Source of the DNA: Lingula anatina
Lineage: Eukaryota > Animalia > Brachiopoda
Assembly (NCBI GenBank): GCA_051362555.1
Contig: CM120649.1
Location: forward strand, 9,796,001 to 9,860,000
Direction: 5' to 3'
Length of the DNA stretch: 64,000 nt
Position 1 is the stretch's first letter, and every line of letters starts with the position of its first letter. Below the pieces are notes generated by a model. It did not search any database, had not been told where the DNA came from, and saw nothing but the letters and a program-made list of their open reading frames with translations. Of the stretch, positions 12,678 through 24,503 are shown piece by piece. The translations under genes and the position numbers were made by a program.

Positions 12678-12857
12678 GGGACCATTCCCACAGATATTTA
12701 GATTGATCTATCAACTTAACCAGCTGAAATTATCTTTACCCTCTAGCTGATTCGGTAGGCGTGACACACAATTAAACCAGTTAAAGGGATAATAACTGAA
12801 ATTTCCTGGAGTAAACAACGATTTCCCCAATCCATTTCTACATTCATACTAAGTCCC

Positions 12858-12901
<44 letters not shown>

Positions 12902-13189
12902 GAAATAATCTCTTAAGAGATTATTAAGAGATTATTACAGAGTAAAGCCATCTATGGAGGTCATGTGGTCCGATGACAAGCTCAGATGTCAGAATAATAG
13001 CTATAACTGCCGTTTTTGCGGTAAAACAGAATATATTATATTTATGTGAGTTCTTTGCAATGTTTTTTATAAAGAGATATAGATCTCATACGAATAGTTA
13101 CTATCCTTTTAAGTTGATGGCAATTTAGTGAAACTCCAAAGGGAGTTAGACAGATCCAGATGGATCGATCTACGCATGGGAATCCAGTC
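12678..13189. mobile_element. Harbinger-type MITE, same family as 63583-63809
   Basis: TAA on both sides; ends GGGACCATTCCCA / TGGGAATCCAGTC with GATCGATC-type subterminal motifs shared with the 63.6-kb copy; contains a long poly-T run. Confidence 0.6.
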
Positions 13190-13979
13190 TAAGCTATTGT
13201 TTTATTCCACAAAGTCAAAGTGCGGCAATATAAAACGTCCCGAAAATCCAACCAGAAGTTATAATCCACGATAAACTGTATAGAAAACCAAGAAACGACT
13301 TGGTAACCAAAGAGAAGTCAGGAGAAAATTCAAAAACACAACAGAGACGAGGGGAAAACCTGATTCGCATGTACAAGGCAACTAAGTTCACTGAGCATGC
13401 GCGGCCTAGTTCTATCTCACGTAAGCCCTTTGCGAGTGAAGACGAGGCATAATACGCACTATCCAGACTATCATGGGAGTAATGACCCCCCCCCCCAACA
13501 AACACACACAAATACACAACCATCCAGGAATATGACACATGATGCAGAGTCCGCTATAAATATTGCAGTATAGGCACGCATCGAAACTTTAGTGTCTCTT
13601 TAAAATATAAGAAAACAATATATGAAATATAAATGAGATACAAATAAATTACATGCATTGATTATTACTATTCAGCGCGCATCTGTTTTTTTTTTTGTTT
13701 GTTTGTTTTTTTTTTGTTTGTTTGTTTTTTTTTTTTTTTTTTATTGGCAGTGTCTAAAAGTTTCGAGTTTTAAAGGTTGGGGCCCGTAACAACAGAGCCT
13801 GCGACAGGCACAAGGGGAACACGTTTGATCTCGACATGTGTATAACCAAAAGAGAGCCTCTAGGAAACAATTTAAAGCCAAGGAAACGAATCCTTCCTCG
13901 CTCCGTACTGTACATGCCGGTGGTGACAACATGATGCCTAGAGACGGCGGAATAAAGGAACATCCTTCCTCGCTCCGTA

Positions 13980-16900
13980 GGGGAGACCGGGACTACATGT
14001 AGTTGGACCCGGGTTAGGTTTTTTTTTTTTTTTTATTCACAAAAAGACAAACAAAAATACATATGTAGACACACACAAAAACACACACACACACACACAA
14101 TAACACACACAAGACATTCATTATACATTAAGTAAACATGAAATATATGTAGATAGCCGGACTACATACAAAACAGTATATCACAAGTGATGCTGCACAT
14201 AACAAGATACAAACATTTTACATTTTACATATAAGAAATTAGCGAAAAAGTAAAGTAAATTTATAAGTGGAGAAACTAGTCAAAAATGGAATCCCAGGTT
14301 CTCCACTCTGTAAGAAAATGGCCTAATTGAAGATTTTTTTGAGAAACATATTTTTCTAATTCGAATTTTGATTTGATATATAAGAGAAGGGAAGGTAAGG
14401 TCGGCTGCATTTTTCTTTTAAAACAGGTATATATATAAAATTTGGAGACAAGAATAATGTAATTTAGAGGCTTGAAATTTGTTTTGGATACTCCAAAAAG
14501 TATATTTTCATCATAGAGTGTAATTCTTTCATCAGTTTTGTTAGCAATCAAGCGTTCCATTTCAGTCCAAATGTTTCTTATTCGACAACAATTTAAAAAT
14601 ACATGTCGCAAATCTTCCCTCTCCGCTCCACAGATAAAGCATTTCTCTGACACCTCAATACCGAATCTTTTCAGGTATGACCTAACTGGTAAGATTCTAA
14701 AAATTATTCTGAAGTTTTTTTCTCTCGTGTAACATAGAAACAATTCTCGTAAACATACTTCCAAGTGATATTTATATTTAGATCTAGGTTCCATTTCCTT
14801 TCGTGTACCAAGTTTTCAGGAGTTTCACTCATGAGAACCTGATAGAAATCTTTACACCCATTTCGACTCTTTATAAGTAGCTGAACCGACTGAGGAATAT
14901 AAGGAAATAAAATTTCCTCAAAAATTTCTTCATTGTTCTTTTCTTTTAGCCTACATTTTAAACTGTTACGTATTCCAAAAAAATTTAGATCACATACTCT
15001 TTGAAATCCAAATTTCCTTTCCAGTTCAGCTTTGGTTAAAAATTTTCCTTCGTTGAAAAGATCGCCAATTATTCTTATACCCTTATTGCACCATTTTTTG
15101 TCCAATATTGATACCCCACCCAATTTTACTTTACTATTATACCACAGAGGTTCAAGAGCAATATTGCTATTCATGTCTTCTATACCGTATGTTAAAACTT
15201 TCCAGGAAATAATGACATCTTTCCAAAACCTGTTATTGCAATTGCGTAAGAGCATATCTAAATAATCATTTCCATAGTCAAGTATATTCCAAATAGATTG
15301 TAAATCAAAGGTGCTCTGGAGAATAGTGTTATAAACGTTATTTTTAAGGTATAGTCTTCTTATCCATGTACATTTTAATGCCGTTATGAATTTACTTAAG
15401 TCTGTCATTTTTAGACCACCATATTCATAATCATTTACTATCTGACCTCTCTTTACCTTATCAATTTTGCTACCCCAATGAATTGGAAAAAAATGGAATT
15501 TAGTTTTTTGATGAATACTGGATCTGGATTTGGCAGAGAAATGAAAAGATGGTTCAGCATTGGGATGATAAGGGTTTTTAAGATAGTAATTCTACCAATA
15601 GGGGTACGTATTCTTCTATTCCAATGCCGAATCATACCCTCTATCTTCGGGATTTGTTTATCAAAGTTTAAAGTGACCACATCGTTTAAATTTACCGATA
15701 ATTCTATACCTAAGAGATTAAATTGAGTCGAACCCCAATCAAGTTTCCATCTAACGTGATGAAAAACTTCCCGACTATATTTTCTTGAGCCAATCCACAC
15801 AGGTTTAGTCTTACTATTGTTGATATGGAGACCTGAAATTTTTGAGAAATAGTCTAATGTACGGAAAGATTCTAAGAAAGAAGACCTATTACCATCTTAT
15901 ATAAGGGTGGTGTCATCAGCATACTGGGTTATTTTAAATTCGGTGTCACCAAGTTTTATTCCGCAAATATCTTTATTATTCTTTATCATGATTGCGAGAA
16001 TCTCAGCTCAAAGCAGAAAGATATAGGGAGACAAGGGGTCCCCTTGACGACAGCCCCTCGAAATTTTGAAAGGCTCCGACAAGTGGCCGTTTTGTGTAAC
16101 AGAGGCCTTGCTATCGTAATTAAGGATATGAAACCACCTTTTTATAGTTTCCCCAAAATTAAAAAAGTCTAAAACTTTATCAATAAAGCCCCAATCTACA
16201 GAATCAAAAGCCTTTTCAAAATCGATAAGAATTAGTAAAGCAGGAATATTTTTCTTTTCTGCGATATGCATTAGATCATAAATTAATCTTGCAATAAACC
16301 CGGACTGAGAATTAGAAATAATTTTATCAAGATAGAGTTTCATTCTTTCCGCTATACAGCCCGAGATCATCTTGTAAATAACATTTAAAAGGGTTATAGG
16401 CCTCCAATTTTTTATAAATTTTCTGGTTTTATCGGCTTTTGGAATACAGGTTATAATCCCAAGATTTTGACTCGCCATCATTTTCTCATTGATGAAAATT
16501 TCATTAACTGCTCTAATTATAAAACTATGTAAATCATTCCAAAAAAAATTATAAAACTCTGCAGTAAAGCCATCAGATCCAGGCGATTTGTTATTTTTCA
16601 TTTTATTTCAGCACCCTCAAAAGTTCCTTTGAGGTAATTTCGGTTTGTAAATATTTCTTATCAGGCTCGCTTAATTTGGGGACATCTAAATTTGCAAAAA
16701 TTAATTCTAGGTCTACCTCTTCTAATTGATTAATTTTTGCCGAGTAAAGGCCTTCGTAAAATAACTTTGCTTCATTTAGTATAAGTTTTTGATCAAATAT
16801 TGTTGTTCCGTCCGGTAGTTCTAAATTCTGAATAGTTTTATTGACATAATTTCTGGATTCAAGTGAACAGAAATATTTAGTAGGCTTCTCTCCTTCCTCC

Positions 16901-17707
16901 ATCCATCTGCATTTTGCTCGGACGAGGACTCCTTTTAGTTTTTCTTGTCTGATATTTTTCAACGCCTCCCTCTTAGCCTCAAGTTCGTCCAAAGAATTTT
17001 CATTTGGGTGGTTCATTTCCATTACATTAATTTCTCTTTCTAGTTCTAATTCTTGCCTGTCCCTTTGTTTTTTCTTGAAAGAGGAATGGGAAATTGTCAT
17101 TCCTCTAATCTCCATTAAAAGCATTTCTAAAAATAAGGAGTCATCAATCGTGAAAGATATTTGTTCGTTTGGAATTTCTGTAATATTTTCTTCGGCGTAC
17201 ACTGGAACTGCATATTGTACTTTTGTTCTCTTAATTATGTCCTTCACTTTACTCACATATTCCTCATCTTTTAAGAGGGAACTGTTAAAAACCCAAGTGC
17301 CTTTGCCCTTAATAAATTTATTAAGCTTTAATTCTAAAATTACGGGTGAATGATCAGATCGGTATGATGCTTTAATAAAAATATTAGAAACTGAATTTTG
17401 AAGGTAATCCGCAATTAAAAAGAAATCTAGTCTAGCCTGCCTTCTGGGATTCCTTCTTCTCCATGTGAATCTCCTCTCGTCTGGGACCCGGGTTAAGTTG
17501 ACCCCCCATCAAGTCTTTTTAATAAAGTTACTTTAAGATGCTAAAATCTTTTATTTGGACTCACTGTCGACGCTTTCTTAGCACTATTGGATACGATCAC
17601 TTTACAAGATGATGTGATCAATTCTTTTACCCCATAGTTACTTTGTTATAAATTGATGGGGGGGGGGGGGCAACTTACCCCGGGGTCCAACTAGCCCCGG
17701 TTTCCCT
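13980..17707. mobile_element. Second, shorter copy of the 498-1716 MITE family, carrying a LINE insertion
   Basis: Left end GGGGAGACCGGG at 13980, right end CCAACTAGCCCCGGTTTCCCC at 17707, TA flanks; 17520-17707 aligns with about 1515-1716. Confidence 0.85.
14017..17483 (-). mobile_element. 5'-truncated L1/Tx1-clade LINE, ORF2 broken by frameshifts and stops
   Basis: End of APE domain (RLDFFL, SDHSPV), RT motifs SPGSDGFTAEFY, NWRPITLLN, LIDFEKAFDSV, GCRQGDPLSP, QYADDT; C-terminal CFICG..H..C; poly-A tail (T run from 14019); TSD GGACCCGGGTTA at 14005-14016 and 17484-17495. Confidence 0.92.
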
Positions 17708-17909
17708 ATACTGTACATGCCGGTGACAACATGATGCCTAGAGACGGCGGGATATGAGAACATCCTACCTCGCTTTGTTCTGGTATTGTACATGGCAGTG
17801 ATAACAACACGCTACCGAGACGGTGGATTATGGGGACATCCTCCCTCAGTCTGTGTCCACATGTTTAAATTTAACTGCAATATATTTAATAATAAAATAC
17901 CTTCTTAGA

Positions 17910-19097
17910 TTAATCTTCAGGACGAATAACGATAGCGTCTTGTGACGTCAAAGTAGGGTCTTCATCGAAATAATTAAGTGGCGCGAGGACCACAGAGAGC
18001 TGTTTTCCTGGTGTTGTGGTTACAGGGATGTCCTCCATGACAGGGATATGTTGAAGACCGAGAGAGACCCAGGCCACGAGGTCCCGATCCACGATATTCT
18101 CGTTATCGCTGTAAAACTTCTCAAACTTTCGGACAGGACAGTAGGGCTCCGCTTGTCCGTAGAGCGAAGCTGTGGTATCTTCGTTATCTTTGAATTTCGT
18201 AACAGCAACCTGATAACGTGACCACGAAAAACCATTCTCTGCCTGCCACCCCTCAGGTAGCAACTGCTTAGAGAAACTGTTTGAGAAGATACGATAGCCC
18301 TTTGGATAGCCGACCGAGTTGTACGCTTTCTGGTTACATATGACGTAGTATTTTGGTTCTTCAAATATATAACTCACCAGAGCTTCCTTCTCTGTCTTGC
18401 GCAGAGTTCGATTCATTTTGGTCTGATACCACCGTTTTCCCGGAGCCAGTGGATTGGTTCTGTTCTCCAGTGTGATATCCCAGGTCTCAAAACGGTTCAG
18501 CTGCCCGCGTATATCGAGATCAAATTTGAAATTGAACAGGTGGTGGTGTAAGTTGGCCAAAATACCGAATTCTCGATTGATGAAATTTCCATATGGCGAC
18601 TCCGCTTCGCCAGGCGACCAGTTCCACGGCTGCACGTAGCCAGTAGCGGCCACCCTGGTCTCCATCACACCGTTAGGGTGAAACACAAAGTCAAATATAT
18701 AATCATAGTTCCATAAAGTTGGTATCCCTCGTAGTATCATAACAGATCCGGGCATGTTGTACTTATACAGATATTTTGGGTTGTCAGAACCGTAGAAATT
18801 AACGGACGTGTGCCGGCTGATGGGCAGGGCGGTGTTGTGTTCAAACAGGCAGAGGGCATCGTGGAAAACCTGTGCGGTTCCTGTGCCGGAGTCAAAAAAT
18901 GTGTTGTTGAAATAAAGTGCATTGTCGGGGCAATCGTAGCCCCTAAGAAGCGGTCGGTGGCGTGCTCCGATGGACCATGACGCGTCGTGCAGATTGGCCT
19001 GTAGACCTTCCGGCTCCTTCCCGGAGTACAGCACAATAATATCCGCCATGCTTACCTCGTACGCAATCCTCTCATCCTTGTACCGCATATCCATTAC
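17910..19097 (-). CDS. Copper amine oxidase (AOC1/AOC3-like) paralog 1, coding exon 2 (catalytic domain)
   Basis: TPQ consensus NYDY (TLWNYDYIFDF), copper ligands LHHHL and GLQHIP, catalytic Asp in NLHDASW; acceptor ccactag at 19099-19098; spliced product 755 aa. Confidence 0.93.
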   Translation of the reverse strand, partial: VMDMRYKDERIAYEVSMADIIVLYSGKEPEGLQANLHDASWSIGARHRPLLRGYDCPDNALYFNNTFFDSGTGTAQVFHDALCLFEHNTALPISRHTSVNFYGSDNPKYLYKYNMPGSVMILRGIPTLWNYDYIFDFVFHPNGVMETRVAATGYVQPWNWSPGEAESPYGNFINREFGILANLHHHLFNFKFDLDIRGQLNRFETWDITLENRTNPLAPGKRWYQTKMNRTLRKTEKEALVSYIFEEPKYYVICNQKAYNSVGYPKGYRIFSNSFSKQLLPEGWQAENGFSWSRYQVAVTKFKDNEDTTASLYGQAEPYCPVRKFEKFYSDNENIVDRDLVAWVSLGLQHIPVMEDIPVTTTPGKQLSVVLAPLNYFDEDPTLTSQDAIVIRPED

Positions 19098-19314
19098 CTA
19101 GTGGAACAATATATTTCACTCCATGTTAAACATTTGTAATCAAGGGCTGCATTTACAAAAGAAGACAGTTTACGCATAAACTTCTACTGGTTCAACACAA
19201 GAAGCAGACCGATATAAAAACAAAACGTTTTCACAACTGCTGAAAAAAAACACAGAGAAATGGCATTAAAGTAAGTGATAAATGACATAAAATAAATAAC
19301 CAAGGCACACCTAC

Positions 19315-20394
19315 CTGAAGCCCCGTAACAGCTCTCAGTCTGAAGTTAAACTCCCAATCCAGGTATTTCACCTTCTGTCCATCCACAGTGAACCGCCTTC
19401 CGTCTGGCTCGGTTTGCTTGGGTAGTTTCTTCCAGTTAGCCTCTCTCTCTCCTCGAAGGTCGGGAGACCCATACGTGGGTCCTGTCGGAGGATATCCGTA
19501 GACGCGTTTCTTGATGCTGCCGTTGTTGTAAGCAATCAGTAACTCTTGGGCAGTGTGGAATGAATTTTCTTCATAATAAAGTTTAGTGAGCTTAAACTTG
19601 GACGGGTCGTTACCATTACAATTAACTAAAAGAGCAAGAGACATAGGCCACAGATAGTAGCCGTCTAATTTAGCACGGAATCCCCGTACGTACATTTGCC
19701 TGTCCCCTGCAACAAGACCCTTGGCAGCATATACGAAGAAAATACATCTGTCCGTACAGTTGTGGTACCAATAACCGTATGTCGCTTTAAGTACAGGGTA
19801 TAGAGTTAGCATCACCGGGCCAACTAGCCTTTTATCTATTTCATTAGTTTCTGGGTCGGTGTCAGGTCTAGAGTTCCAGGGAATGGGGCCAGGCCGTTGT
19901 ACTGGGTTGATATACCGCGTGTAACCACTCACTTTAGGGATTGGGAACACAAGAAATTCTTCAACTCGTGGAGTTGTTTTTTCCCCCATAAAGCAAGTCA
20001 CGCGTGCTGAACGCACGGGCAAAGTGTGGTCACTGTCTAAGTGTTCTAATACATCCTTTTTACTGGGCAAGACGGACTCTATTAGATATATATAGTTAGA
20101 CGACACAGTGGCCTGGTCAATTGGCACTAGATTCAGTTCTGGTTGGTTAAACATGAAATTTCGTATTTCTATGATTTCTTCCTCCGTGAGAGTGTCAAAT
20201 ACTGATTTTGTTGGAGTTGTCGGAGACTTATAGGTGGATACAACCTTTGTTTCTTCCTGCTGTGTCTTCCCTCTCGCAGATTCTGCCACCAATTCTTTCA
20301 GTTGAATTGTTAATACAGTTACAGCAATAAGTAACGCAATGCTGACGATGGAGAGTAACACTGTGCATCCTTTCCATAAACCGGAACTCTTCAT
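19315..20394 (-). CDS. Copper amine oxidase paralog 1, coding exon 1 (type II membrane anchor, N2/N3 domains)
   Basis: N-terminal hydrophobic segment, SVFDTLTEEEI, EPDGRRFTVDGQKVKYLDWEFNF; 1080 nt ending at donor CAG/gtaggt; acceptor at 20412-20413 implies an upstream non-coding exon. Confidence 0.92.
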
Positions 20395-21369
20395 TGCGAG
20401 TTAATTTTGACCTGGAATAGGGAAATATTTGGATTATTACAGAAAAATAACAACGGACATTATTTAAAAACGAGTGTGGTTAATTAGGATGGTATGCTTG
20501 TCACTCTCAGATTCCTTTCCAATCCGTGCGAGTTTCTTTATTTTTAAATATGCACATTTATCAAACCGTGTCTTAAAATTAAGAGTGCATTCAAAACAAA
20601 AGACTGCTGACTAACTGCTCGGTTGACTAAATATGGCCGACCCCACTTAAAAGCAAGCCTTTTAATGTTTTATGGTCTGCCCGCCTCGACACGTACGTTC
20701 CATTTTACGAATTAAAGCTTGGGTCCGAAGTTTCATATGCTCTGTCCCTGCAGCGACGGCGTGTGTAGAGGCAGTAAAACCTGCAGGAGGCCAGCGGTAT
20801 CGCTTGTCCATATCTGTTAGCCGGCGGATTAACTTGCTCTGTTTACCATGACTCCATAAAAGAAGTTGTGATGTAGATTTTAGCTCTCACTGGCACTGTA
20901 ACCCACCTCCACACACAAACACACACACACACACACACACACACTCGAAAAGCCGGAATGGTAGTACTGTATGTAGGCATGGGAGTGATAAAATAAGCTA
21001 AAACACATAATGACATTGTACTCTAAAACAGAAAAGAAGAATGCAATGATTAAAATATTAAATCAATCAAATTCTTGAAAGTAATTACTGCCATTATTAA
21101 AAATAGTTCAATGCAACGAAGTTTATACATAACAATTCGGGTATTTTGATTTTTAAAAATTTGCAGATCTGGGAGTTTTGAGTTTTGGAATATATATATT
21201 TTTGAGTGTGTCATAGTATATGTGAGTGTTCTTCAGTTTATGAATGCTTTTTATGAAACAATTGAACCTTCTGGAAATTCATTGGGCCGAAACTCCCGTC
21301 TTGTATCAAGTGTTTGGTAAAAGAAGCAGCAAAGCTGTCGAAGGCACACACAAAAGGGAGAAAATAATA

Positions 21370-22530
21370 ATGTACAATATAGGCCACTGTCAATTCTGAT
21401 GCAATACATTATGCTTAACTGCAACGTCAACATCAAAATTTTAATTATGTACAGCAGCCAATATCGATGTAATGGGTAACAATCATAAGGCTTCAGGTCA
21501 ATGAGAGTTCAAGTTCACCCTTTGAAAACGCCAAATTGAGAAAAATTAAAATTTCACAAAATTTGCATAATTCAATAAAAATGATGATCCAATAGAGCTT
21601 GTTTTATACTTTGAGCTTTATGCCAATCTTAAGAATCAAACTTGTAAGTTAAAAAAAATAATTAACACAGTTTTCTTTTCATAACATTCGCACTGGCAGA
21701 GCAGAAAGTAGTTTTTTGGTCAACTTTGTTGCAATGTAACATAATAATTTACGTTATAATTACTACCAATTTTAATTATCTTCTTTAAATAACATGGGCA
21801 TTTAGAAATTTTGATTTCCTTTTAAGTTCATGCCACAAAAATAATGCCAATATGTGAAAATGAAAATTTCACAAAAATAACTTCCAGACAAAGAAGCCAA
21901 TTAGACTGCTTCTCTAACTCAGGTTGCATTTTAGTCTTATGTTTCTTTCCTGCGAGTTTAAGAATCGTAAGTAACATGGTTTTCCCCTGAATGGTCATTA
22001 TTGCAGTGTCCAAAATAGGGGTTTCTTCAGTTTTGATGCGATATTACATTATGTTTAACAGCATATTGACTATCAATATTTAATGATAAAATAAAATTAT
22101 CATAGTTATTCAGAAAACGTGATTAGCAAAGGTCTTCTAGTCCATGTAGTTTCAAAGTTACATCTTGAAAATTCCAATAGGCCTATGCAAAAATTAAATC
22201 TTTACAAAATATGTATAACTTCCAAAAAGGTAAACCAATCAGACTGGTTTTCCAGTGAAGCTGTATTAGTTCTAGGTTTCTTTCCTGTAAGTCTGATAGG
22301 AGTGAGTGACACTGTTTTCCTTTAATGGTCACTTTGTCGGCAGTGCTCAAAATAGGGTTGTCTTCAATTTTGATGCAATATTATATAAGTAGTAACAGCA
22401 TGATCACCATCCTTAATTATGCGCTGCAGGTATTGTGAATATTTAGAAAATGTGACTAGCAAAGGTCTTCAGGCCCATAGAAGTTTAAAGTCACACCTCG
22501 AAAACGTCAACATACATGTACACAAACGAT
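21370..22530. repeat. Diverged ~340-bp direct repeat (two fuller units plus a partial third)
   Basis: Blocks such as GTTTCTTTCCTG, AAAATAGGG, TTTTGATGC and TAGCAAAGGTCTTC recur about 340 bp apart (e.g. 22124 and 22457). Confidence 0.6.
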
Positions 22531-22928
22531 AACTGTACTGAAATGAGATTATTTCCATTTTAAACACCTTTACATAAAACAGAATAATAAATTTACTTTC
22601 ATTTTAATATGATCATCCAAGAAAATTGTTGAGATGGGATAGGTATCGATAGAACAATTTTAAATGTCCAATTTGCTCCATTTTGAGATTCTGGAGATAG
22701 TGAATTGAATCTAATATACTGCATTGAAGAGTTTATTGCCATTTTTGACAGTATATTACACAATGCACGATAACAGGTTTAACATCATTTTCATTATTAG
22801 ATCAATGAAAAATATTGTTAAGATGCAGGACATGTCAAGAGAACATGCACTTTAACGTATCTTATTCGTTCAATATTGAGACTGTTAACGTGCCTTAGAA
22901 TTGAATCTAAAGAAAAACCACTTATTTA

Positions 22929-22979
<51 letters not shown>

Positions 22980-22984
22980 GAACT

Positions 22985-23480
22985 GAACTGATCAAGCTTA
23001 TTTTCGAACTTGTATCTGTATATCTATAACATGTATCTGGATCTGTATATCTATAACAATCAGTCCTACAGCTCTTAAAGCACAATATGACATGGTTTTC
23101 ATGTCATCTGTAAATTGGTGGATAAAATATGATGAAAATGGGAAAATAACAGCATATCTTTTGTAAAAATGGTACGATCAAGCTGATTTTCGAACTAGAC
23201 CTGTATTTTAGTAAGATTGATCACTCCTTCAGTTTCAAGCCAATATGTTTAACGGTTTCCTGTGCTTCCAGTGTTGCATGTATGCTGAAAAAAGGGGAAA
23301 AAACATAACTTTCGAAAAATGACCCGATTTTTCGAAATCGACCTGTATTTTATGAATATTCATCAGTTCCGTGCATGTACGTTTGAAGACAAAAGGTAAA
23401 ATGGCTTTCAACTTATCGTGTTATCGCTCAAATTGCACGGCGGCGACGACAGACGCAGATGTGACAGCTCTATAATAGAA
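22985..23480. mobile_element. Probable Helentron-associated (HINE-like) non-autonomous element with 150-190 bp internal repeats
   Basis: TTTTCGAACT..CTGTAT-type motif three times (near 23000, 23187, 23329) followed by a GACGACAGACG microsatellite-like tract; family call is by structural analogy only. Confidence 0.4.
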
Positions 23481-24170
23481 TCATTTGTGTCTCTACATAA
23501 AAATGTGTCCCTCTCACTTGTGTACAGAAGATGTTGGGCCGTTCCAATGGTCCCGGTAGACAATGTGATGTGCTAATACTCAAACCCCTAATTTGCACGA
23601 TGATCGGCCTAATCGTTACGTAATTGTCAAACTAAATTTATGGGTATCCGAGTACCCATAAATACAATGTACAAAATACAGTAGGTGTGACACCTTTTAT
23701 AAAAGGGGTATATTTATCAGCTAGTACCTATGCGTAGATGTTGTGAGATCGTTGATCATAACGACAAAAAGTACAGGGCCGAGCTTTATTTTTTAAGCTT
23801 TTTTATTATTATTTTTTAAAACTTTATTCACTCAGCGAAAAACGAAAATTATATATAAAATGAAATGTTTTAAAAAATAATCAAAAATTAAATCCATATA
23901 TAATAATGATGATGATTACGCTAATTAAATACAGATAAATAAAAAAAGAACATAAATATATAGAAATACTTTCACCTGCCCATCCATACATCCATCCATA
24001 CATACTACACGTATACATGCTTGTGGACATTTTAACACGTTATGTATGGTATTGAAATGTGTTTCCATTTTGTAATAAACCTATCTTCTTTATCTGTCTT
24101 TATAGCAATGTATTTTTTTACTTTCTTCTTCTGACTAAGAATATTGGTCAGAACACCGACAGGATGAGCC

Positions 24171-24503
24171 CACGCTCGGCTGTCACCTTGATTGGATAGT
24201 AAACGCTTGTCGTAAAATCGCAATATGATTTTAAAACCGGGTGCATAAATTTGAAAACCACCTAGAACAACCTTAGACTGCCACATTAATCTAATACAAT
24301 GCAAAAAAGCCCTATCAAAAGTGGTTAAAGCATTCAAACCGAATGTCGTGAAGTCCCCATATACCCCCATAGAGATAATACAATAGAGTACTCTAAAGTA
24401 AGAGTACAGTCTAAGGTTGTTCTAGGTGGTTTTCAAATGTAAAAATCATATAGCGATTTTACGACAATCGTTTACTATCCAATCAAGGTGGCAGCCGAGC
24501 TTG
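24171..24503. mobile_element. 333-bp MITE with ~110-bp TIRs and 8-bp TSD (P or hAT superfamily)
   Basis: Ends CACGCTCGGCTG / CAGCCGAGCTTG; GATGAGCC at 24163-24170 and 24504-24511. Confidence 0.85.

Larger units (their letters stand above)
13890..17860. repeat. 72-bp minisatellite (3-4 diverging units) just downstream of amine oxidase copy 1, split by the MITE plus LINE
   Basis: ATCCTTCCTCGCTCCGTA starts at 13890 and 13962; unit 2 resumes at about 17710 (TACTGTACATGCCGGTGACAACATGATGCCTAGAGACGGCGG); further degenerate units near 17762 and 17838. Confidence 0.8.

Noticed and set aside
19231-19314. Hydrophobic C-terminal tail of ORF 19231..20394 as a second membrane helix
   Set aside because: It is intron read-through past the conserved donor after TGLQ; the paralog has an unrelated tail.
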